DNA of 64,000 bases from NCBI RefSeq assembly GCF_030144855.1, contig NW_026778908.1, positions 248,001 through 312,000 of the forward strand, in the 5' to 3' direction. Of this stretch, positions 37,642 through 51,217 are shown one piece after another. The first letter of the stretch is position 1, and every line of letters begins with the position of its first letter. The DNA comes from Hypanus sabinus (lineage: Eukaryota). Below the pieces are notes generated by a model. That model was not told where the DNA came from and ran no database searches. It saw nothing but the letters and a program-made list of their open reading frames with translations. A program made the translations under genes and the position numbers.

Positions 37642-39204
37642 CATGCCTATAAAAAGTATTCATCCTTTATTGTTTTACAACATTGATTCACTGTGGATTT
37701 AATTTGGCTTTTTTGACACTAATCAATAGAAAAAAAACTCTTTCATGTCAAAATGAAAACAGATCTCTGCAAAGTGATCTAAATTAATTGCAAATTCAAA
37801 ACACAAAATAATTGATTGCATAAGTATTCACCCCTCTTTAACACAGCACAACTAATCATCACTAGTGCAGCCAACTGGTTTTGGAAGTCACATCATTATT
37901 TACATGGACATATGTTTTTGGAGACCTGTACAATCAAAGTACTTTAATTAATTGTGGTAAAAATACACCTGAACCAGGAATGTCCAACTGCTTGTGAGTC
38001 AGGGTGCTGGCAAAAACTACACCATGAAGGGTTATTGAAAAGTACAAGTCAGGAGTAGGATACAATACAATTTCCAAGTCACTGACTATCCCTTGGAGAA
38101 GAGTTAAATCAGTCGTCGAGAAATGGAAAGAATATGGCATAGCTGTACATCTGCCCGGAGCAGGCTGTCTTCAAATAGTGAGTAACCATGAAAGAAGGAG
38201 AATAGTGAGGGAGGTCACCAAGAGACCGATGACAACTCTGGAGGAGTTACAAGCTTCAGTGGCTGAGATAGGAGAGATTGTGCATACAACAACTGTTGCC
38301 CGGGTACTTCACCAGTTTCAGCGTATGGGAGAGTGGCAAACAAAAGGACACTGTTGAAAAGAAACCCACATGAAATCACAGCTAGAGTTTGCTGGAAGGC
38401 AGGCGGGAGACTCTGAAGTCAGGTAGAAGAAGGTTCTATGGTCTGATTAACCAAAATTGAACAGTTAATGCTGTTTGGCGTAAGCCAGACACTGCACATT
38501 ATCAAAAACACACCATCCCCACAGTGAAACGTGACAGTGACTGCATCACACTGTGGGGATGCTGCACTGCAGCAGGCCCTGGTAGGTTTGGAAGGCAGAG
38601 GGTAAAATCATTGCAGCAAAGTACAGGGGAATCTTGTTGGAAAACCTGATGCAGTCTGCAAGAGAACTGGGTATGGGAGAAAATTTGTTTCCTAGCAAGA
38701 CAAAGACCCCAAGCAGAAAGCCAAAACTACACAGGAATGGATTAAGAACAATAATGTTCATGTCTTGTTGTGGCAATGTCACAGTACGGACCTCAATCTA
38801 GTTGAGAATTTATGGCTGGACTAAAAAATTGTGGTATAATTATGATTCCCATGAAGTCAGACAGACGGTGAGCAGTTCTGTAAGGAAGAATGGGGAAAAA
38901 TTGCAGATGTGCCTCTCTGAAAGAGACCCATCCACACAGACTCAAGGCTGTAATTGCTGTCAAAGGTGCATCTACTAAATACTGAGTTGAAGGGGGTCAA
39001 TACTTATGCAATCAATTATTTTGTGTTTTATATTTGTAAGTAATTTATATCACTTTGTAGAGATCCATTTTCACTTTAACATGAAAGAGTCTTTTCCTGT
39101 TGATCAATGTCAAAAAATGCCAAATTAAATCTACTGTGATTCAATGTTATAAAACAATAAAACATGAAAACTTCCTGGGGGGTGAATACTTTTTATAGGC
39201 ACTG
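37642..39204 (+). mobile_element. Second Tc1/mariner copy of the same family, defective
   Basis: Ends tgcctataaaaagtattca / tgaatactttttataggcactg; transposase with stops; colinear with 32833-34758. Confidence 0.85.
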
Positions 39205-39729
39205 CATATATATTTCTTATTGTAATTTGTAGATATTCTATTGCATATTGTCATGTAGTCCTGCCACAAAACAACACACTTGACAGCGTGTGCCGGTGAT
39301 ATTGGACCTGATTCTGATTCTCATGTAATATCCAGGACATTTGGCTTTTCAGAGCCAACATTTTGTTGGAGAGAGAGATCCAAGTGAAAACCCTAGTCCT
39401 TGGATAAAGGCAGTGGGGTCTTAAAGGAGAGTGAACAGTGTGATTCCCATTTCACCATCCCAGTGTGTTCCTCAGCTTGTGATCTGATCCCAAGGGTAGC
39501 AGGGCAGCAGTCTGTACACAGCAAGATCCCATGACTAGCAATGTGATGATGACCACCAATGGGGTTCAGACTCTGGCGTAAACTCCCATCTGGCCGTGCG
39601 ATTTTCCCCATCCCTCCAGAAGGGAAGGGTGGACTTTGCTCAGTGGAGCTTGAGTGGAGGACGGAGGGAATTGCTGAGGTTAAGGCTGCACTCCGCAGAA
39701 TGGAGAATATTCCTCAGAGATATCCTCAC

Positions 39730-40023
39730 CTTTCATCCACAGGGACACCGCGAACATGACCTCTCCATGTTGGTTTCGGACAGTACAGAGGGCGGTCACA
39801 TCCCCCTCTCCCTCGCCCACACCCAAGGTCAGCGTGCCAGTCACCAGCTGCCCGTCTGCCACCTGCCACGTCTGGAAACGACCGTGCGTCTGGTTCCCGC
39901 TGAGGTTGGCGAGGGGGAGGTGCCAGGTGAGCTCTCCGGGTGGGTTTGATCTGGCCGCACACACACATGTGATGACATCGGGGGTCCGAGTGCATCCTGG
40001 GTCCCGAGAAATCTCAGGCTTAT
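39730..40023 (-). CDS. Siglec/MAG-like gene, membrane-proximal Ig domain 5 (294 nt, phase 1-1)
   Basis: tgtttcttcccag|AT AAG CCT...ATG AAA G|gtgagg. C-x8-C-x-C..SNP...C.VRN.HG is the four-Cys pattern of MAG domain 5. Confidence 0.9.
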
Positions 40024-40910
40024 CTGGGAAGAAACAGGCAGGAGATGTTGGTAGCACTGATATATTGTAATGGTCCAGTGTTATTCTGAAGCATCAGCTG
40101 TCCTCTGTGGGACACCTCTTTCCATTCTCTGTAAACTGAGGCTGTCTCCATTTTGATGCGTTGGATCCCCGTCCTCCACATTCAGAGATGCTCTTCTGCA
40201 TATCACTGCTGTAACGTGTGATTGTTTGAGTTACTGTCGCCTTCCTGTCACATTGAACCAGTCTAGCTATTCTCCACTGACCTCTCTCATTAACAAAGTG
40301 TTTTCACCCACAGAACTGACACTCAATGGATTTTTTTCTCTGTTTGTTTTTCACACCATCCTCTGTAAACTCTGAAGACTATGGTGTGTGAAAATTCCAG
40401 AGTAGCAGATCCTGAAATCATCAGGCTCTTCAACAAAAGAGGATAGCTACACTCATTTAAGAACTCTGTATACTGTTACTTCATGCTAGTTATTTATTAA
40501 GAGTTATTTATATCTGCATTTGCACAGTTTGTTTACAGTTAACAGTTACTGTTCTATGGATTTCCTAAGTATGCCTGCAGACAATGGTTAAAGTCACTTT
40601 GATCACATTTCTTCCCCATTCCACTATTTACTCTGAACCACAACAGAATCTCTTAACCATGAGGCAGCGGGAGTATTTAAAGAGAACACTTGTTGAAGTA
40701 GGTCATTTTCTTTGGCAGTTTAACGAGGGCACGACTGCGCAAGCGCGTGCAAGTCGGACCGTGCAAATGCAGATATAAATAACTCTTAATAAATAACTAG
40801 CATTAAGTAACAGTATACAGAGTTCTTAAATGAGTGTAGCTATCTTTTGTTGAAGAGCCTGATGATTTCAGGATCTGCTACTCTGGAATTTTCACACACC
40901 ATAGTCTTCA

Positions 40911-43900
40911 GAGGCAGCGGAAGTATGTAAAGAGAACAGTTAGACAGAGCGGGCGACGGAGTAGAGGGAGAGAGTAGGAAGGCTTTGTCTCGAGAGGCTT
41001 CGGCGAGCAGAGGCTGAGAACAAGCTTCACTCCAAGTGAGGTAAGGCTGGGTAAGTTCCTTTCAAAGGAGAAAGTTTCAAAAGTTGAGGCAAGTATTGGG
41101 TAGGTCATGGCAGCTGAGATCGGCCCCGTGGTTTGTTCATCCTGCAGCATGTGGGAAATCAGGGATACTTCCAGTGTCCCTGACAACTATGTGTGCAGGA
41201 AGTGTGTCCAACTGCAGCTTCTGGCAGACCGCATTGAGCGTCTGGAGCTGAGATTGGATTCATACTGGAGCATCCGCGATGCTGAGAAAGTCGTGAATAA
41301 CACTTTCAGTGAGTTGGCCACACCGCAGGTAAAGGCTACACAGACAGAAAGGGAAGGGGTGGCCACTAGACAGCGTAGCAGTAGGCAGGTAGTGCAGGAG
41401 TCCCCTGAGGTCATCTCCCTCCTAAACAGATATACTGTTTTGGACACTGTTGGAGGAGATGTCTCATCAGGGGAAGGCAGCAGCAGCTGAGTTCATGGCA
41501 CCATGGGTGACTCTGCAGCACAGGAGGGAAGGAAAAGGAGTGGGAGAGCTATACTGATAGGGGATTCGATTGTAAGGGGAATAGATAGGCGTTTCTGCAG
41601 CCGCAAACGAGACTCCAGGATGGTATGTTGCCTCCCTGGTGCAAGGGTCAAGGATGACTCTGAGCGGCTGCAGGACATTCTGGAATGGGAGGGTGAACAG
41701 CCAGTGGTCGTGGTGCACATAGGTACCAACGATATAGGTAAAAAACGGGATGAGGTCCTACAAGGTGAATTTAGGGAGTTAGGAGATAAACTAAAAAGTA
41801 GGACCATAAAGGCAATAATCTCTGGATTACTACTAGTGCCACGTGCTAGTTAGAGTAGAAATAGGAGGATATTTCAGCTGAATATGTGGCTTGAAAAATG
41901 GTGCAAGGGGGAGGGATTCAAATTTCTGGGGATTGCAACCAGTTCTGGGGAAGGTGGGACAGGTATAAACAGGACGGTCTGCACCTGGGCTGGACTGGAA
42001 CCAATGTCCTGGGGCAGCGTTTGCTACTGCTGTTCAGGAGGATTTAAACGAATGTGGCAGGGGGATGGGAACAAGTGCAGAGAGACAGAGGGGTGTAAAA
42101 TGAGGGTAGAAGCAAAAAGTAGTAAGGTGAAAAGTAAAAGTGGCAGGCAGGCAAATCCAGGGCAAAAAGCAAAAAGAGACACTTTTCAACATAATTGTAT
42201 AAGGGCTAAGAGTGTTGTAAAAACAAACCTGAAGGCTTTGTGTGTGAATGCGAGGAGCATTCGTAACAAGGTGGATGAATTGAATGTGCAGATAGTTATT
42301 AATGAATATGATATAGTTGGGATCACAGAGACATGGCTCCAGGGTGACCAAGGATGGGAGCTGAACATCCAGGGATATTCAATATTCAGGAAGGATAGAC
42401 AGGAAGGAAAAGGAGGTGGGGTAACGTTGCTGGTTAGAGGGGAGATTAACGCAATAGAAGGGGAGGACATTAGCCTGGAGGATGTGGAATCGATTTGGGT
42501 AGAGCTGCATAACACTGGTGGGAGTTGTGTACAGGCCACCTAACAGTAGTAGTGAGGTTGGGAATGGCATTAAACAGGAAATTAGAAATGCATGCAATAA
42601 AGGAACAGTAGTTATAATGGGTGACTTCAATCTACATATAGATTGGGTGAACCAAATTGGTAAGGGTGCTGAGGAAGAAGATTTCTTGGAATGTATGCGG
42701 AATGGTTTTCTGAACCAAAATGTCGAGGAACCAACTAGAGAGCAGGCCATTCTAGATTGGGTATTGAGCAATGAGGAAGGGTTAGTTAGCAATCTTGTTG
42801 TGCAAGGCCCCTTGGGTAAGAGTGACCATAATATGGTGGAATTCTTCATTAAGATGGAGAGTGACATAGTAAATTCAGAAACAAAGGTTCTGAACGTAAA
42901 GAAGGGTAACTTTGAAGGTATGAGATGTGAATTAGCTAAGATAGACTGGCAAATGATACTTAAAGGGTTGATGGTGGATATGCAATGGCAAGCATTTAAA
43001 GATCACATGGATGAACTACAACAATTGTTCCTCCCAGTTTGGCAAAAGAATAAACCAGGGAAGGTATTGCACCCATGGCTGACAAGGGAAATTAGGGATA
43101 GTATCAAGTCCAAAGAAGAAACATATAAATTAGCCAGAAAAAGCAGCACACCTGAGGACTGGGAGAAATTCAGAGACCAGCAGAGGAGGACAAAGGGCTT
43201 AATTAGGAAAGGGAAAAAAGATTATGAGAGAAAGCTGGCAGGGAACATAAAAATTGACTGTAAAAGCTTTTATAGATATGTGAAAAGAAAAAGATTGGTC
43301 AAGACAAATGTAGGTCCTTTACAGTCAGAAACAGGTGAATTGATCATAGGGAACAAAGACATGGCAGACCAATTGAATAACTACTTTGGTTCTGTCTTCA
43401 CTAAGGAGGACATAAATAATCTTCCGGAAATAGTAAGGGACCGAGGGTCTAATGAGATGGAAGAACTGAGGGAAATACATGTTAGTAGGGAAGTGGTGTT
43501 AGGTAAATTGAAGGGTTTAAAGGCAGATAAATCCCCAGGGCTAGATGGTCTGCATCCCAGAGTGCTTAAGGAAGTAACCCAAGAAAAAGTGGATGCATTA
43601 GTGATAATTTTTCAAAACTCCTTAGATTCTGGATTAGTTCCTGAGGATTGGAGGGTGGCTAATGCAACCCCACTTTTTAAAAAAAGAGGGAGAGAAAAAC
43701 CGGGGAATTATAGACCAGTTAGTCTGAAATCGGTGGTGGGGAAAATGCTAGAGTCGGTTATCAAAGAAAGAGGTGAAATCATCGGACAAAGTCAGCATGG
43801 ATTTGTGAAAGGAAAATCATGTCTGACGAATCTTATAGAATTTTTTGAAGATGTAACTAGTAGAGTGGATAGGGGAGAGCCAGTGGATGTGGTATATTTA

Positions 43901-45081
43901 GATTTTCAAAAGGCTTTTGAAAAGGTCCCACACAGGAGATTAGTGTGCAAACTTAAAGCACACAGTATTGGGGGTATGGTATTGATGTAGATAGAGAATT
44001 GGTTGGCAGACAGGAAGCAAAGTGTGGGAGTAAAAGGGACCTTTTCAGGACGGCAGGCAGTGACTAGTGGGGTACTGCAAGGCTCAGTGCTGGGACCCCA
44101 GTTGTTTACAATATATATTAATGATTTAGACGAGGGAATTAAATGCAGCATCTCTAAGTTTGCGGATGACAAGAAGCTGGGCGGCGGTGTTAACTGTGAG
44201 GAGGATGCTAAGAAGATGCAGGGTGATTTGGATAGGTTAGGTGAGTGGGCAAATTCATGGCAGATGCAATTTAATGTGGATAAATGTGAGGTTATCCACT
44301 TTGGTTGCAAGAACAGGACAACAAATTATTATCTGAACGGTGGCCGATCAGGAAAAGGGGAGATGCAACGAGACCTGGGTGTCATTGTACACCAATCATT
44401 GAAGGTGAGCATGCAGGTACAGCAGGCGGTGAAAAAGGCAAATGGTATGTTGGCATTCATAGCAAAAGGATTTGAGTACAGGAGCAGGGAAGTTCTACTA
44501 CAGTTGTACAAGGACTTGGTGAGACCGCACTTAGAGCATTGTGTGCAGTTTTGGTCCCCTAATCTGAGGAAAGACATTCTTGCCATAGAGGGAGTACAGA
44601 GAAGGTTCACCAGATTGATTCCTGGGATGGCAGGACTTTCATATGAAGAAAGACTGGATCAATTGGGCTTACACTCACTGGAATTTAGAAGATTGAGGGG
44701 GGATCTTATTGAAACATATAAAATTCTAATGGGATTGGACAGGCAAGATGCAGGAAGATTGTTTCCGATGTTGGGGAAGTCCAGAACGAGGGGTCACAGT
44801 TTAAGGATAAAGGCCTTTTAGGACCGAGATGAGGAAAAACTTCTTCACCCAGAGAGTGGTGAATCTGTGGAATTCTCCCACAGGAAACAGTTGAGGCCGG
44901 TTCATTGGCTATATTTAAGAGGAAGTTAGATATGGCCCTTGTGGCTAAAGGGATCGGGGGTATGGAGAGAAAGCAGCTACAGGGTTTTGAGTTGGATGAT
45001 CAGCCATGATCATACTGAATGGTGGTGCAGGCTCGAAGGGCCAAATGGCCTACTCCCACACCTATTTTCTATGTTTCCATG
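40911..45081 (+). mobile_element. Near full-length CR1 LINE (defective)
   Basis: ORF1 zinc-finger/coiled coil (CSSC..CRKC, 41107-41490) and esterase GDSIVRG (41503-41853); ORF2 APE and RT (42240-44820); tail ctatgtttc. The empty site is visible in the paralogous segment at 51113-51117. Confidence 0.95.
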
Positions 45082-45594
45082 TCTGCATGCTTTAATGCAC
45101 TGAGTTGCCATCACATGATTCACTGATTAGATATTTGCATTAATGAGCAAGTGTACAGGTACTTAATAAAATGGCCACTGAGGCTACATCCACACTAGAC
45201 CGGATAATTTTGAAATCGCTGGTTTCACGTAAAAACGACAGGCATCCACACCAGGCGTTTACTTGGGTGAATCTCCTCCTACTGGGCATGCACAGGACAC
45301 ATCTACAGAAAACAAGTGACAAGTTTGGTGTCGAATTTCGCTGTGAAAGTGCGTGTTTATACAGTAACAGACCAGAAAAACTTAAAAGGAAATTGCCAAA
45401 CGATGGACAGCTGTTGGCTCTCACACAGGAGGACTTAAAACTAAAATAAACAATACTGTAGCGTATGGAGGCAACCGACCGGGAGTTCACGGAGAGTATG
45501 ACCCGGCTGATGACGAACATTGAAAAACTGACGAACTCTGCTGCATTAATAAAGCACCTTGTTAAATGTATAAACCATGTCTGCATCAGTGTTA

Positions 45595-45720
45595 ACACAA
45601 GGAAATCTGAAGATGCTGGAAATTCAAGCATCACACACAAAATGCTGGTAGAACACAGCAGGCCAGGCAGCATCTATAAGTAGAAGCACTGCCGACGAGT
45701 CCTGACGAAGGGTCTCGGCC
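45595..45720. mobile_element. Penelope terminal fragment with a truncated hammerhead core
   Basis: 45595-45686 is the reverse complement of the 36365-36456 Penelope end; gtcCTGACGAagggtctcggcc at 45699-45720 is cut before GAAA. Confidence 0.7.
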
Positions 45721-47152
45721 CTTAGTACATAGTACATAGTAAAAATGAGACAACATTTTTCAGGGCCATGGTGTTACATGACACAGTACAAAAACTAGAC
45801 TGAACTACGTAAAAAAAACAACACAAAGAAAGCTGCACTAGACTACAGACCTACACAGGACTGCATAAAATGCACAAAAACAGTGCCAACATTACAATAA
45901 ATAATAAACAGGACAATAGGGCAAGGTGTCAGTCCGGGCTTCAGGTATTGAGGAGTCTGACAGCTTGGGGGAAGAAACTGTTACATAGTCTGGTCGTGAG
46001 AGCCCGAATGCTTTGGAGCCTTTTCCCAGACGGCAGGAGGGAGAAGAGTTTGTATGAGGGGTGCATGGGGTCCTTCATAATGCTGTTTGCTTTGCGGATG
46101 CAGCGTGTAGTGTAAATGTCCGTGATGGTGGGAAGAGAGACCCCGATGATCTTCTCAGCTGACTCACTATCCGCTGCATGGTCTTGCGATCCATGATGGT
46201 GCAATTTCTGAACCAGGCAGTGATGCAGCTGCTCAGGATGCTCTCAATACAACCGCTGTAGAATGCGATAAGGATGGGGGTGGGAGATGGACATTCCTCA
46301 GCCTTCACAGAAAGTGGAGACGCTGCTGGGCTTTCTTTGATATGAAGCTGGTATCAGGTGAACACCCAAGAAAAATTTGGTGCTCTTTACGATCTCTACC
46401 GAGAAGTTGTCGATGTTCAGCGGGTAATGGTTGCTCCGTGCCCTCCTGAAGTCAACAACCATCGCTATTGTTTTGTTCACATTCAGAGACAAGTTGTTGG
46501 TTCTGCACCAGTCCATTAGCCGCTGCACCTCCTCTCTGTAAGCTGACTCGTCGTTCTTGCTGATGAGGCCCACCACGGTCGTGTCATCGGCGAACTTGAT
46601 GATGTGGTTTGAGCTGTGTGTTGCAGCACAGTCGTGGGTCAGCAGAGTGAACAGCAGTGGACTGAGCACACAGCCCTGGGGAGCCCCCGTGCTCAGTGTG
46701 ATGGTGTTGGAGATGCTGCTCCCAATCCGGACTGACTGAGGTCTCCCAGTCAGGAAGTCTAGGATCCAGTTGCAGAGGGAGGTGTTCAGGCCCAGTAGGC
46801 TCAGCTTTCCAATCAGTTTCTGAGGGATGATTGTGTTGAATGCTGAACTGAAGTCTATGAACAGCATCCGAACGTACGTGTCTTTTTTGTCCAGGGCCAG
46901 GTGGAGGGTGGTGGCAATGGCATCATCTGTTGAGCGGTTGGGACGGTACGCAAACTGCAGGGGGTCCAGTGAGGGGGGCAGCAGGGTCTTGATGTGCCTC
47001 ATGACGAGCTTCTCAAAACACTCCATGATGGTGGATGTGAGTGCAACGGGGTGGTAGTCATTTAGGCAGGACACTGAAGACTTCTTCGGCACAGGGACGA
47101 TGGTGGCGGCCTTGAACCACATTGGAAAGGTGGCGCTGCTCAGGGAAATGTT
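45721..47152 (-). mobile_element. 5'-truncated Rex1/Babar-clade LINE
   Basis: ORF 46298-47122: [59 protein letters not shown]; tail repeats tagtaca near 45723-45740. Confidence 0.9.
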
Positions 47153-47622
47153 GAAAACAGGGCAAAGTGAGTATACTTATTCAGTAAGTTATGGGTCAAA
47201 GTATTTGGTGAATACATTTCAAACTCTTCTAACTTCAGTCTTGTTGCCATCTGTTCTGAAATTGTCAGGTTGTTTGGGGTGTTGTGTTCAAGAAAACAAT
47301 GAAATTCCACGCTGCTGCCACCATTTGATTGGGCGGGTCATGACAGAGTTTTAAAAATCTCCGGTTACCCATCCACATTACTCTGCCCAATCGACATTTT
47401 CAAATTTACACACTCTGGAGGGTGTTTTAGAAAAGCTCCATTTTCAGGGGAGGAATACGCAGTTTCAATGTGGAAGGAGGGTCAAAAAGAAGTGAAAAAG
47501 CTTTGTTTACGGATTTATCTGGTCTAGTGTGGACGTAGCCTGAGTGTGTATTGTGTATCGAAGGATAAATAGACCAATGACTTTGTATTTGTACTTAGAG
47601 ATGTAGCAATGCATCCACTTAC

Positions 47623-47904
47623 ACTCCACACTGAGGGTGAGGACCCTCTCCGCAGTCCCGTGTTCATTCTCCGCCACACACTGATAGACTCCAACCTGCT
47701 GGGGGGTCACCTGAGGAAACTCCAGCCACAGTTCATTACTGGAACTTCTTGTGTTCAGTGTGACACCGAGATGTCTCCACGTTAGATTAGACACTGGGAA
47801 ACTCTGGACAGAGCAGAGGATCGATGTAGGAATCCCTTCCTTCATATTCACCCAGGAATTGTTCACGCTGTTGGTAGAAGTGATTGAGAGATTCTGTGGG
47901 GCGT
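47623..47904 (-). CDS. Siglec/MAG-like gene, Ig C2 domain 4 (282 nt, phase 1-1)
   Basis: ttgtctttattag|AC GCC CCA...GTG GAG T|gtaagt; YAPQNL..ILC....P..LTW...GVYQCVAEN.HG. Confidence 0.85.
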
Positions 47905-48304
47905 CTAATAAAGACAAATAAAGAGTTAAGTATGAATACACATGGTGTAGAACAAGATTTTATGTGTCAATTACCTGAATAATTTCTACAATCAATTCCA
48001 TTCCACCTTTCCAATGCGTTCCAATGTACATTGAATGTGGAAAAGTACAGCTCAGGAACAGGCCCTCCTGCTCATGATGTTATGGTGAGAGAATTATTCT
48101 AGAAACAAAATCCCTAATTAAGCTAATCTATTCTGCCCACAACATGTCCATTTCTCTCCATTCCCTGCACATTCCTATGCCCATCTTAGTGCCTTTGAAA
48201 CACCTCAACCTTCACCACCACCCCGACAGAACTTTACAGGCTACTTCAGCTCACTATATTAGAAGAAAACTTATCCTGTGAATCTTGTTTGCATTTACGC
48301 CTTA

Positions 48305-49760
48305 CCATAGAACCATAGAACACTACAGCACAGTACAGGCCCTTCAGTCCTCCATCTTGTGCCGACCCATATAATCCTTAAAAAAGTACTAAACCCACAC
48401 TACTCCATAACCCTCCATTTTCCTTTCATCCATGTGCCTGTCCAAGAGGCTCTTAAATGTTTTACCCTCCACCACCATCCCTGGTAAATCATTCCAGGCA
48501 CTCACAATTCTCTGTGTAAAGAAACTTGCCCCTGATGTCTCCCCTAAACTTCCCTCCCTTAATTTTGTACATATGACCTCTGGTGGTTGCTATTGTTGCC
48601 CTGGGAAACAGGTACTGACTATCCACCCTATCTATGCCTCTCATAATCTTGTAGACCTCTATCAAGTCCCCTCTCATTCTTCTATGCTCCAAAGAGAAAA
48701 GTCCCAGCTCTGCTAACCTTGCTTCATATGACTTGTTCTCCACACCAGGCAACATCCTGGTAAATCTCATCTGCACCCTCTCCATAGCTTCCACATCCTT
48801 CCTATAATGAGGTGACCAGTATTGAACACAATGTCTGGTGCAGAGGCGGTTTCACCAGAGATTTGTAGAGTTGCAACATGACCCCTCTACTCTTGAACTC
48901 AGTCCCCCTGTTAATGAAACCTAGCATCCCATAGGCCTTCTTAACCACCCTATCAACCTGTGCAGTGACCTTGAGGGATGAATGGATTTGAACCCCAAGT
49001 TCCCTTTGTTCATCCACACTCTTAGGTGACCATTAATCCTGTACTCAGTCTTCTGGTTTGTCCTTCCAAAAGACATTGCCTCACACTTATCCGGATTGAA
49101 CTCCATCTGCCATTTTTCTGCCCAACTCTGCAGCCTGTCTATATCCTCTTGTAACCTTCAACCACCTACAGCTCCATCCACAACTCCTCCAATCTTCGTG
49201 GCATCCGCAAACTTACTAACCCATCCTTCCGCCTCAACATCCAGGTCATTTATAAAAATCACAAACAGCAGGAGTCCCAGGACTGATCCCTGTGGCACTC
49301 CATTAGTCATCGACCTCCAGGCAGAATACATTCCTTCCACAACTACCCTCTGCTTTCCTCCTTCAAGACAATTTTTTATCCAAACGCCAAGGTTCCACTT
49401 ATCCCATGCCTCATGACTTTCCGGATGAGTCTCTCATGAAGGACCTTGTCAAATGCTTTGCTAAAGTCCATGTAGACCACATCCACTGCCCTGCCCTCAT
49501 CAATTTCTTTTGTTACTTCTTCAAAAAACTCAATCAGGCTCATGAGGCACGATCTTCCCTTCACAAAGCCATGTTGACTATCTATGAGTAGACTGTATTT
49601 CTCTAATTGCTCGTAGATCCTATCCTTAAGAACCTCTTCCAGTAGTTTGCATACCACCGACATAAGACTCACCAGTCTAAAGTTCCCAGGTTTCTCCCTA
49701 TTACCTTTTTTAAACATTTTCTATTCTCCAGTCCTCCGGCACTTCCCCGGCAGCCAAAGC
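48305..49760 (-). mobile_element. 5'-truncated CR1
   Basis: RT pieces 49376-49717, 49158-49340, 48802-49017 and 48489-48794; ccatagaa tail repeats. Confidence 0.9.
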
Positions 49761-51217
49761 CCTGAAACCTTCTCGCCTTCGATGCATGGTCTCCAATACG
49801 GAACACTACAACCTCAGGTAGAAGTTATTGACCATCTATTGTTGCCCTGATATCTCCACCCAGTCTCTGGTGAAAACAATTCGTATGTCAAATTTTCCCT
49901 TATTGCTCCTGCTCTGTCATCCAGACGGCATCCTCTTCTTCACCCTCTCCAAAGTCTCTACACTCTTCCTATAATGCGGTGAACAGAACTGAATGCAATA
50001 GTTCACATGGAGTCTAACAGAAACTTTCTAACGTAACTTCACAACTCTGGGACTCATAAAGCCAAACATGCCTTACACCCTATAAAACTCTTGGGAGCTA
50101 TGAACACAGATCTCCAGAATCCTCTGATCATCAACATTGTAAAAGGTCCTGCCATTTACTGTTTCTATCACACTACACCTGATCTTCCAAACTGGAACAC
50201 CTCACCTTGCCTCAATTCATCTCCATCTGCCACGTCTCTGACCCAACCTGCATCTGATCTATGTACCACCTAATCTCTTGGAAACCTTTTTCATTATCTA
50301 CAACAACCCCAATTTAGGAAATAGCAAATTAAATGGGTCCACAAGCTGGACAACAAGAAGGAACATTTCCCATCCTCAAAACTTGTCCAATCTGTTGGAA
50401 GCTTCTAAACACTGACTCACCGTAAGCTCAGCTGTTTTGTGGTAGATGTGGGTGGGGTGAGGGAGATTGGGTTTGCGGGTATCAGTGTCACTTCATTCTT
50501 CCTGTTGGTCAGCCTTGCACACCCCCGTGTTAGGTAAAGTGGGGAGTGATGGGTTACATGGGGAGGTACTAAAAGACTCTGGAGAGGGCAGAGCAACATC
50601 ACCAGGGTCCCCTGCCTGGCCATGAACATCTAAGCTGAGCCTAGTAGGTCAGATAAAGCATTTCACTGCTATAACACACGAGAGTTTGAGTTACTGTCGC
50701 CTTCCTGTCAGATTGGACCAGGCTAGGTATTCTCCTCTGACCTCTCTCATTAACAAGGTGTTTTTGCCAAAGGAACTGCTGCTCAATGAATTTTTACTGT
50801 TTCCTTTTCACGCTGTTCACTGTAAACTCTAAAGATCATTGTGCGTGCCAACTCCAAGATCAGCATTTTCTGAAATCATTAGACTCCTGAACAAAAGGGG
50901 ATATTTACGCTCATTTAAGGGCTCTGTATAGTTATTTCTTGCTCGTTATTTATTAAGAGTTATTTATATCTGCATTTGCACAGTTTGTTTACAGTTAACA
51001 GTTACTGTTTTATGGATTTCCTAAGTATGCCTGCAAAGAATGGTTAAAGTCACCTTGATCACATTTCTTCCCCATTCCACTATTTGCTCTGAACCACAAC
51101 AGAATCTCTTAACCATGTCTGCATGCTTTTATGCATTGAGTTGCCATCACATGATTCACTGATCAGATATTTGCATTAATGAGCAAGTGTACAGGTACTT
51201 AATAAAATGGCCACTGA

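Larger units (their letters stand above)
45182..47540. mobile_element. PIF/Harbinger-type non-autonomous element, copy 1 (with nested insertions)
   Basis: TIRs ggctacatccacactagaccggataa / ttatctggtctagtgtggacgtagcc; 3-bp TSD tga on both sides. Confidence 0.8.

Noticed and set aside
50417-50590. AG/GT-bounded open segment on the minus strand between domains 3 and 4
   Set aside because: It is open only as phase 0 to 2, which is incompatible with the phase-1 Ig exons, and has no Ig motifs.
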